Shown piece after piece: positions 53,130 to 64,000 of a DNA stretch of 64,000 nt. The position numbers were made by a program, and so were the translations under genes. Every line of letters begins with the position of its first letter. The first letter of the stretch is position 1. The notes under the pieces were generated by a model that was given only the letters and a program-made list of their open reading frames with translations, made no database searches and had not been told where the DNA came from. This DNA is from Octopus sinensis (lineage: Eukaryota): positions 6,757,360 to 6,821,359 of the forward strand of contig NC_043019.1 in NCBI RefSeq assembly GCF_006345805.1, given 5' to 3'.

Positions 53130-56100
53130 CACACACACACACACACACACATTCACACTCCAATACATCATTACTTTCACATGTACGAATTTGATATTCT
53201 TTATCGTAGGTTTTCCATTTACAATTACGTATATACTGTGCTTCCTACTTACCGCCATCTTCCGTATATATCATAGAAAGATGTAGAGAATTCCCTCACT
53301 CGTCTGTCTTTGATAAAAATCAATAAAACAATCTCACCATACTCTCTCTCTGCCTCTCTCTCTCTCTCTCTGTTTCTTTTCCCAATGCAACTATTAGGTC
53401 AGAGATATGGAGCCATCATTCACGTGTAGATAATTTCCTGTCTTCTCTATTGTTGTTACAAGCAATAATTTCTCACTGTCTGTCTGTAACTGTTTACCCA
53501 AAGCGATAGACCTCCATTCACGAAGTAAAGAGAATTCAACTAGTTTTTGTCGTTGCCACGAGCAATAATATTTTCCGTTTTTAACTTTTAGCCCAGAACT
53601 ATGGAACTCCTATTGAAGTTGCAAAGACAATTCTGACATTTCTCTGCATTATCTTCTGTTGTTGCTACAAGACATAATGTCCCTTTGTCTGCATTTTACT
53701 CTTGACCCAGAACTATACAACTATGTCTGGTGTAGTCGTGAATATTGATGTCTGTGAATGCAGTAACGCATCACCATACGCTGTCTTCTCCTTTATCTTG
53801 TAACCCGAAACCATGGTGTGTTAATTGGCGTGTGTATAGAATTCAATACCGTTTCTTTTTGCTGATCAAAAGAGTTAGTACTCTCTGAATCATTTGCCCG
53901 GATTGAGAAGATATCTTTCAAATAAAGCAGAATTGAACTCCAGTGTTTGCTGTTGCAGCAATGAATATGTTCACCGTCACTTTTTAACATTTAGCCAAGG
54001 GTTATCACGGCTTCTTTCAAACAGCTGAATCAATTTCCCGCATTTTCTATTGTCAATACAACATGTGGACTTTCTCATTAACATTTTGTTCAGAGCTAAG
54101 ATGGCACAATCAATGGAACTGGGAGCTCCCAGCTTCCTCCGCTGTTTGTACACCATTGTATGACCTATTAACATTTTAGCACCAAGTTGTGGAGACATCA
54201 CTAATATAGGTTGAGAAATATTGGGTTGCTTCTCTTGGTGTACAGGATAATTTGTTTTAAGTTTTAACCCCAAGCTATGGAGGAAAAATAAGGGCGTGGG
54301 TTCCGCTTATTGTTTTACTGTTGTCGCTCAAAGAAATATTTTCTCCCCGTCGTACACATTTCGCCCGTAGTCCTACAGCCATGATAAGATCAATATTCTT
54401 CATTATTTACAATAGATTTCATTTTAATAATCCATGGGGGGCAACCAGATTACCTGGAATCCAAACAATGATGTATGTATTTATACTTTATTCTTTCTGG
54501 CAAAATGGTACATAAATATGTGATCGTTGATGTTTGCGAAAATTGGAGAGCAACATTCCTCGTAACATTCAGTTCAGCGCGGTGTTGTAAAATCTTGATA
54601 GAGACACCACGGTGTTTCAAACTCGTACAGTGTGTCTCCAGTCAAAGTTACCCATGGATCTGAAATGAGCAGGAGCGTCTATTTATGGAAATCATCAACC
54701 AAAGGATTTTCTGATAAGTGCAGATATCTGATAAACAGATGATAATTCATGGGGCGCTCATAGAACAGCGAGAATGCAAACGCAAAACACATCGCTTCAT
54801 TATCAAGACGTCCTTGGTGACTCAAACATAAATATCTGATTCCTGTCGTTTTTCATCAACGAAGAGAACTTCAACCTTCAAAATCTCAGATGAGATATTA
54901 AGAATGAATAAATACATTATTGTGTCATTTTTCTATCCGATTACTGAGATGGTTTTTACGTATTATTTTATTTTTAATGTTAAATTCTGCTTATTATTTT
55001 AACGTAATGAGTCAATAATATTTCTTCCGTTGGTTTTTTTTCTTCCATTTCAATATGTTGCACATTCTTTAGTTAATTTATTTCTGAAGTATTTCTAAGT
55101 ATTTATTTTGATCTTCTTATTCTTATTGCATTTCAAAACTAATATGATATTAATAATTTTAGTTAACATTTCAGATATTCAACAATATTTCTTTTTTGTT
55201 TCCAATCCATTTTGATGCCAGATTTTCTATTGCATCTAAATTGCTGCAATCTAGATAAAAGGAGTGAGTTTTTCCTGTTCTTTATTGCATTTTGAATTAT
55301 AATTTTTCAAAACGGTTGAGTAAATTTATTATAGTGAGGAATTACAAGAAGAGGGAAACTTTGGTTTTACTTTAGAAGTCTTTCTGATTTACAATTCTCT
55401 GTAGAATTTTAATTATTTTAAATTCTTTCTTGTGTACGTAAAATTCTTTTTGATGTATGTATAATGTAACCATAATCAAAAAGTTTGCTTATCTATTCAT
55501 ATCGTATTCAAAGTCTTCTTTCGTGTCATGCATTTCACATGCCTACATTCATGTCTTTCCAAATCAGTACAAACAGTTCTATATTTTCAAAAATACCATC
55601 TCTTATCGTGAAGATAATATGGATCTAATTAGACGTATTCCCTGTGTTTAAAGTCGTGGTTTTTGTTTTTATAATTGATGTTATTTCTGCTTTTGTTGTT
55701 CAAGTTGTGTTATTCCTAAAGTAACCCCGATTAAGCTGGAGGATAATCAGAAGGTAATCCTTATATTAATATTAAGTACAAACTGGAATCTCTCAATTAC
55801 CTCTATCATCAGATACAGTCTTATATTTAAATTTTACAGATGGCTTTCCACAAACATATTTTTGGTATAGATATGCGTTATACTTTCATCATTGCCATTG
55901 TTTTATTAAACGAGAAATAAAGAAATTTTCTTTCCAGGCCCAGAATGACCGATGAGTCTGATAATGGCAAAAAACTGAATAAAGAGTTGGAAAGTGAGAG
56001 CTAGTAATGAAAAATTGAATACAGGAAAAAGAAATAGATGACCAGAGAAAAAATTCGAGATGCTCTATAGTGGACAAGGTATAGACGGATATTCTGTTCG

Positions 56101-56227
56101 TGTGGCGAGAAGCAGAATATTGATGGTAATAAGAGGAAATAAGAACGACTGACAATACCTGAGCGAAGGTTGCACGAGATATGCTGCTTCAATGAACAAA
56201 GGTGATTGTTATAGAAAGAGATCAAAT

Positions 56228-56292
<65 letters not shown>

Positions 56293-56624
56293 GAAGATTT
56301 GAAAATGCAATTTTAAAAGGTGTTTATACACTTGACCGGTTGCACTTCTTTAGAAAAAGATTGTCAAAAGTAAAATGTAAAGCTTTGTATAAGCTTTGTT
56401 GTCTTAAGTATTGGTTGTCACAAAAGTATTAAAATACATATATACCTTCTTTGATAATAATAAGAAACGTTTTAAAACAGTTTACAAGGAAAAATCTTGA
56501 GAAAATATTAAAAAGTTCATTGAAAATATTGGGTTTCATTAAATATCATGTTGTTTGGAAGTATCTGTATATATTCAAAGAAAATTATAAGTTCAAAAAG
56601 GTAATATTTTCGTGGTATATATAT

Positions 56625-56659
<35 letters not shown>

Positions 56660-56695
56660 TCCGTAACAAGATAATTCATCTTTCCATTTCAACAA

Positions 56696-56730
<35 letters not shown>

Positions 56731-56829
56731 TATACAGAAGGAGATATACTTAGGAGTTTACAAAGAATTTGAGATGAACTGACCTGTTTTACCATTTTGT
56801 AGTTTTATATGTCTCTCTCTTCTCTCTCT

Positions 56830-56875
<46 letters not shown>

Positions 56876-57039
56876 TATGCATGCATAGAGAGAGAGAGAG
56901 AGACAGGGAGAGGGAGAGAGAGCGGAAGAGAGAGAGTGAATCTATAGACCAGAGGTTATGTTGGTTTATGAGCGACTTCATACCAAACGATGCTTCTGTA
57001 GGAATTTGCATGTCAATATCCCGAGGCTATAATTGATTG

Positions 57040-57700
57040 TGTTTAGATATTTCTGCAAGGCGAAATAAAATGAAAGTATGTGCTGAGAAAATGGAAAAGA
57101 CAAAGCAATAATTTTTGAATCCATTTGGAATTGTACAAAAGCTGCTTAAACAAGTTGATGAATTTTAATAATTGTGAAGTGCAATAACTGATGATGTCTG
57201 CAGAAAGAAATAAAAATGTTGGATCGCAACACGAGAGAAATGTTTAGCAACATTACATTTTCTTTAAAAAATAAAACGAATTACCATAACAACAATAGTT
57301 TTTATTAAAAGCTTCAGGAATATCGCATGGATATTATGAATGAGAGTCATGGACGGCGGTTACTGAACGAGAGAAACGGTTGGGGATTCTGAAATGAAAT
57401 GCAATGAAAATTTGTTTCGTTTTCGTAAAAAGAATATTGAAGGAACCTGAGTGTAAAGAAAGAAAATATTGAGAAGACTGCGGAATACAGATCTATTCAA
57501 ACGTTTTGTTAACAGGCGGAAATTGAACTAGCATGGTTATGTAGCACAACACAATGACACGTGACGTCTAGCAAAATATTACCATGTATGGTTATTTTTA
57601 CCTCCCCCAAGGAAAGACAAAATGTGTAGAAATACCAGAAACAGAAGATATGGACGAGGAAGAAATGTGGAAAATATCATATGCTTCGATGATGAACGTG
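57040..57700 (+). pseudogene. Highly decayed RTE-clade LINE ORF2 C-terminal half
   Basis: With frameshifts: KQVDEF..ESWT..KRL..EMKC..RRKLN*HGYVAQHN..RRYGRGR, matching RTE ESWT..FEMKCxR..RRKLxWxGHVxRH. Confidence 0.65.
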
Positions 57701-57996
57701 AAAAATGATGACAGATTTTCTTTGGGATTTAACGCTCACAGTTATCATGGAATTTTTGTTTGCATTTCAGATCTTTGTATATTTACTTTTAATATTAAAA
57801 CTGAGTGAATGAAGAGAAAATACGCCAGTGCAACTTTTTTCAAAATGAATAAAAAATACAGGTGATGTGTAACATAAATATATAAACAATAAATTTAATG
57901 GAGATACAAGTGACAATCCAAAAATGTATTTCTATTACAATATAACCTGAATATAATATATCATAAAGATATAAATATTTTTATGATATATCATAA

Positions 57997-58131
57997 AAGT
58001 AGCTTGCTTACCAACCACATGGTTCCGCGTTCATTCCCACTGAGTGGTACCTTGGGAAAATGTCTTCTACTATAGCCTCAAGCGAACCAAAGCCTTGTGA
58101 GTGGAATTGGTAGACGGAAACTGAAAGAAGA

Positions 58132-58164
<33 letters not shown>

Positions 58165-58393
58165 TGTGTTTGTGTGTGTGTGTGTGTATGTTTGTGTGTC
58201 TGTGTTTGTCCCCTCCCAACATCGCTTGATGGTGGTGTGTTTACGTACATGTAACTTAGCGGTTCGGCAAAAGAGACCGATAAATAAGTACTAAGACTAC
58301 AAATAATTAGTCCTCGGGCTGATTTGCTCACTAAAGGTAGTGCTCTACCATGGCCGCAATCAAATGACTGAAACAAGTAAATGAGTAAACGAG
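57997..58393 (+). mobile_element. CORE-type SINE (family A)
   Basis: Near-full-length copy lacking the first ~20 nt. Confidence 0.9.
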
Positions 58394-59499
58394 TATACAT
58401 GTGTGTGTGTGTGTGTTGTGTGTGTGTGTTGTGTGTGTGTGTGTGTGTTGTAACTATTTGGACTGGGTATGTCTATTAGTTTAAAATGCACGCAGAATAT
58501 ATAGGAGTTAAGTAAACTTTAATTGGTTTTTAAAATATGGGAATACACTCGATCGTTTTCACATTAGATTTTCAAAAGCGTAGATGATATGGAGCTGCAT
58601 CGGGATTTATGATTTAATTGGCCATTGCTATAAAGGCTGTTTGATACTAAAGAAGGAATGTGATTCAGAACGCTATCTGTTAATGTACAAATTGGTTGGT
58701 GAACATTTACGTGTTAAATTCGTGTAGCAGTCGCACTAAGAGGTCACTTAAAATGGTTTTCTCTGCTGAATAAGCCATATGAAAATTAGAAAAGAGATAT
58801 AAACGCGATATTTATTTTTGCTTGCTTTTCTATTTTCGTTTTATGTCAGGAGTAATTAATGCTGAAATTAAATTTTCAATTTAATTTTTAAAAATATAGC
58901 TTTTTTGTCTAAAAGTGTTATCGATAGTTATTTTTTATTATTCTGCCTAGAAGTGTTGTTATCAATTATTTTTTGTTGACTCTCATTAAACATGTTTAAA
59001 CATATCCCATCTCTAATTAATATAGTGCAGAGTAAGTAAGGTAACGAGATGTGGAGCAGATAACATAGATGATAACTGCCTTATGAGTTCTGGTTTCTTA
59101 AGAACGAGTGCATATGTACTTAGTACTATATATTTACAATAATTTATTATATCTTTACAATAATTTACTTTTCTAACCTGTTCAGCCATAATTTGTATGT
59201 TTGGATAAACCACTTGTCCTTATTTACTCTTGTTTGATCTGTGGTATTTTCCGATCATTCAGAAAGTGAGAATAAAAGAAATTTGGCAGATTCGGTTTTC
59301 CTGTATGTGTGCAGATGTTCACTAAGTGGAATTTTTCTAGTCCTGACATCTCGCATTTGTTGACAAGATATTGTCTATCGCGTTCTAAATTTGAGTTTAG
59401 TTTTTACTAGTATATTCTCTGTACATTTTGAACATCAGTTCTTCTACACACACACACACACGCACACACACACATACAAATACACAAACTGTAATTATA

Positions 59500-59745
59500 T
59501 TTTTTCAGTCATGGGACTGCGATCATGCTGCAGCTCCGCTCTGAAGGTTTTAGTCGAACAAATCGACCACAGTATATAACATTTATTAAAGCCTGTTACT
59601 TATCCTATCGGTCTCTTTTTGCTGCTAATTACAGAGGCTTAAACAAAGCAACACAGGTTGTTTTGTGGAGCAGCATCACAAGCACATGCACAAATACACA
59701 AATATAGAGACACACTAACACAGAAACATACGTGCACACACATAC

Positions 59746-59780
<35 letters not shown>

Positions 59781-59870
59781 TATAGGCAACTTTCAGCTTC
59801 CCTTTAAGAAATCGAGCCACAGTGCTTTATTCGGCTCTATGCTATAGTAAAAGACACTTCTCTAAAGTGT
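59500..59870 (-). mobile_element. Old, diverged family A SINE
   Basis: CAGTCATGGGACTGCGATCATGCTG...AGTCGAACAAATCGACC...CTATAGTAAAAGACACTT. Confidence 0.6.
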
Positions 59871-61424
59871 CAAGCACAGGAAGGATGTCCTTGTTAGTTG
59901 CAAATCTGATATGGCGGGACGAGGCGATAGAAATTCCTACTTTTGTTACATCCAAATAACAAGAGAAATACCTGACATGAACAAGAGGTGGGCAATGTTG
60001 CCAATGTAGTTCCAGGAACGAATTGGGTTCGGTCTGATTCTAATTGAACTTTAACGTATCTTATTATTCAAGAATTAGACAATATATTTTAGTATACTTC
60101 ACATCTGTATTTCTATTCTTATATAATCATGTTTTGATGGGTTTTTTTTCTAAAATCCATTCTATGTTATCTAAAATCGGACGCAATTTTCGCAAGGTCG
60201 GGCGAAACGCTTAGCGGTTTTCATCTGGTCTTTTACTCTGTACGTTAAAAATCTACAGGCGCCCACTTCACTTTTCTTCTGATATTGTTAACATATTTAG
60301 CAAGCAATTGTTGGATTCTCTTGATTCAGCTGACCCTCCACCCAAATCTATTATACTAAAACAATTTTATTGATTGGATAATTGAAGTTCCACCGTTCCT
60401 TGTAATACGGCAATACCTGTAAATTAGTGGTGTCTAAATCAAAAGCCATTGATATTATTTTCCACTCTTATGGTTTGGGCATTACTTTGCTACTCCAGTC
60501 ATAGCTCTCAAGATCTAGGTTAAAGTTTAAAGACAAATTGAGGTTAATCCTTGTAGTGACACTCGAGAAAAGAGAGAGGAATGCTTTACGCTGTCAATGA
60601 TAACCGATAAAGATAGGACTAATGGTTAAAGAGTGAATGATAATATTGCGCACAGCAACAAAAGATGCATTGGAATTTTCTAAAAAAATAACAAAAGAGA
60701 ACCGCATAGGTTTGCTCCAATAGTGAGAGATTATTCCGCGAATCAACAACATAGAAAGCATGGAAGGTATCCTCATTATCCGTTCGCACTCAAAAGCACT
60801 GACCCAGATGTTGGATAGATAGAAGAAGATTAAAAAAAAAAGAGAAAGAGGTGAGGTTATTGATTTAGTCAACAACAAACACCTTTTGAGATATAGTCTG
60901 CAGAGGGGAGTAGGAGGCGGCGGAGTGAAATACAGACTCGGGTTTATGATCATGAAATCCAATAACTGATAACGAATGAAGCGAAATGAACCTAATGTTC
61001 TGAGCATAAGGTCGCGTGTGTGTTTGTGTTTGTGTCTGTGTTTGTGTTTAAATGCGCAGGTTGCGTTTGTGTATGCATATGTATGAATGATTTTTTTTTG
61101 TGTGTGTACGTCGGAATATGTGGTGTGTGTGTGTGTGTGTGTACGTCGGAATATGTGGTGTGTGTGTGTGTGCGTCGGAATATGTGTGTGTGTGTGTGCT
61201 TTAGGATTGAGAACGATGCATGAACATAACGTGCGATAAAATTCGCCAATTCACTTGAATGGTGCGGCGAACAATATAAGTGATAAACACAGTTGTACTG
61301 CCAACCGTTTTATAACGATTCTCACGTTTTGGAACTGGCTTGTGAAAGACTTAGATAGCAGAGATCTCTATAGTATTATCACGGTAAACTGGCAAAGTAT
61401 ATTTCACACAATGATAATACAAAG

Positions 61425-61555
61425 TGAAGGCACGTTGTCTTGTGGCCTTGTGGTTAGGGAGCTAGACTCACATTCATACGATCGAAAGTTCAATTCCTGA
61501 ACAGGTTTGTGCAAACTTTGTTTCGTGTTAATCCAGTCAACCCAGCTAAAAGTGA
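61425..61555 (+). mobile_element. tRNA-derived SINE head fragment
   Basis: TGGCCTTGTGGTTAGG A box, GTTCAATTCC B box. Confidence 0.55.
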
Positions 61556-61800
61556 CCACCAGCCAATAGCATTTTCTATCTCTGTAGCTGTCCCGTTCTC
61601 GATATCTTACTGGGTCAAAGATGATGACACTTGCCTAAAGTGTCAAGCAGCAGGAAGCCCCTGAAAAACTGAGATGGCGGAATGAGGCGATAGAAATTCT
61701 CTATTTTGCTACATATACAGAGATGGATTAAATAAATATTATTTGTGAATTCGTAAGGTGTGGTTTAATTAAGACAGGAATGCTGTATTAAAAAAGAAAT

Positions 61801-62050
61801 TGGCATTCTGTTAATTACGAAGAATAAGCTTCCGATCGATCCGATCCATGTGACAGCTTGCTCGTGAAATTAACGTGAGGTAACCGAACACTGCAGAGAC
61901 GCCTGATCTTAAAGTGGTTCTCAGAGAGATTCAGCGTGACACAGAATGTGACAAAGCTGGCCATTTTGAGATACAGGTACACCCCGTTTTCAGCAGCTGA
62001 TTGGACTGAAGCGACGTGAAATAAAGTGTCTTGCTCAAGAACACAACTCG
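61801..62050 (-). mobile_element. tRNA SINE family D, 5'-truncated
   Basis: GCTCGTGAAATTAACGTG...CAGCTGATTGGACTG...AAATAAAGTGTCTTGCTCAAG. Confidence 0.82.
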
Positions 62051-63099
62051 CCACATTTATCAAACTGTTATGTCGCACGTTCGGATGCCTCAACTTTTCA
62101 CTTCTACTACTCTCTTCGCTACTCAACGGTTCTCTTCGACGTCTAGACTTCTCCCTCTATATCTACGTATTGGGATAGTCGACTACATCGTCTGGGGACG
62201 TTCACATAACACAAACACAGGATCATACGACTGTGAGCGGAACATTTCGTTACACGCTTTCTGGATATTGTATTTCCGAGAGTATAACTGCTCATAACTG
62301 CTAATGTTTGCAGTGTCTTTTTACATAATTTTGAATACCCTTTGTCGCTGTTTTGGTATATATTTACTATATGTTACCATCGACCCCAAGCTAGACATTT
62401 TGTGTGTCTTGATCCTCTCCGTGAACCCTTCTTCATGTGTGAATATTTCACTTTCGACCATATAAATACGTATATGTATAAAACTTAGTGGCGTTAGGAA
62501 TTGCATGGATTTAAATATTCCGAATAGAAAGAGACAAAAGAATTTCAGCTGCCATCACTGACAGACTCAACATCCATTGATAAGGTTCCAAAAGAAACGA
62601 ACATTTTGGAATAGTAAAAACTATCAATAATAAATGAGTGGAAATTGAACCAGAGAATGTGTTAGATAATAAAACATTAAGACCATATGACTCTCCCCAA
62701 ACACAACAAAATTTGATTCAACATACGAATTCACATAAAAAAATCTTTGCAAACCAGATACAAAAACGAGAGAGAAGAAAACTTTTTCTAAATATCATCT
62801 TTTATCATTTACGTATTTCAGTGAAGATATTGCGGCTAAGCTGGGGCAACACATTCAAGAAATTGTATTCGAATGAATTAAGCTCTATATTATTTTCCCC
62901 TTAAGCCCGGTATCTTAAATTGCTTTGCGAATGTTGATGTACACCGTATTTTAGCAACAGAGAAATCTTATTTACAAAAGTGTCAGAAAGAGTCATAACA
63001 AATGGCTTATCGCATAAAACGAAGTAATTCTACGAAATTTCGCTGACTAATAGGAAGATCTCGGTCCTCTAACAAGCTGCATCTGACAACTGACTATCT

Positions 63100-63193
63100 A
63101 TCTATCTATCCATTACTATATACAAACATATATACGCTTGAGTGTGTATATAAATATATACACATATGTATATATTTATATATATATATATGT

Positions 63194-63244
<51 letters not shown>

Positions 63245-63274
63245 ATATGTATACATATATATATATATACATAT

Positions 63275-63331
<57 letters not shown>

Positions 63332-63600
63332 ATGTATACATATATATATATGTATATGTATATATATGCATATAACATGTATGTATGCATATATATATAT
63401 ATATATATATATACATACATATGTATATGTATACGTGTATATTATATAATGAAGAGGAAGATAATAATTACGCATACGTATATATATACATGTATATATA
63501 TGTGTTTATGTATATATACATATATATATATAAATATGTATTATATATATATATATATATATATACATACATACACACACACAAATACATATATATATGA
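63100..63600. repeat. (TA)n/(TATG)n field, representative of many similar arrays in the window
   Basis: Direct reading; source of the YI-repeat ORFs. Confidence 0.95.
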
Positions 63601-64000
63601 ATGACCGGTTTATATTTTTCCTTGTCCCTCTTTTATGTCATGTGTCTGGATGTTTTGCGTTCTTGTCCATATATATATATACACATTTTGTACGACTCTC
63701 TTATTCTTTCACTCCTACTTTCTTTATCAGCCCCTTCACACTTCGTTCCTTCCATACTTCTTTCTTTCGTTCCCCTTCTCTCACATTTACTGGCTTTCTC
63801 TTCATTCTAACCTTCCATCCTCTTTCACTTCACTCTGCCCCTTTTCTTTTTTCTCGTCTTTCCCTAATTCTTCTGTCCCTCTGCCTCTGCCTCTCTTCTC
63901 TCTCTCCACGTGACCGGTGTTCGGCCAAGCCTCACCTTTCTTTCTTGGTTCGACTACCATCCGTGCATCATCTGCCGTAACGCTTCACGTCCACACACGC

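Noticed and set aside
61105-61190. Three CGTCGGAATATGTG units separated by (GT)n, superficially repeat-spacer-like
   Set aside because: The spacers are microsatellite, not unique sequence; this is slippage duplication, not CRISPR.

Overview
A 64 kb, very AT-rich eukaryotic window dominated by microsatellites and retroposon debris. The SINE families and repeat landscape point to an octopod cephalopod (Octopus-like); this is an inference, not a database match. Nearly all supplied ORFs are translations of simple repeats. Recognisable coding remnants are mobile elements: a young Tx1/L1-type ORF2 C-terminus inside a (TATC)n array, three R4/Dong-like 3' ends inside (TAA)n arrays, three RTE fragments, a CR1 3' end, and Tc1, mariner and DD37D (maT) transposase remnants. 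At least four tRNA-derived SINE families are present. Host-gene evidence is thin: one well-formed 85-nt internal exon (51547-51631, +) plus weaker exon and microexon candidates, so the window is probably intronic or intergenic. The most interesting signals are microsatellite-associated, possibly target-specific non-LTR elements, a ~180-bp fold-back with hammerhead-like words, an inverted mariner 3'-end duplication, and a tandem SINE-body array. No CRISPR array, rRNA or intact tRNA gene was seen, and I found no clear evidence of a wholly new multi-gene system.
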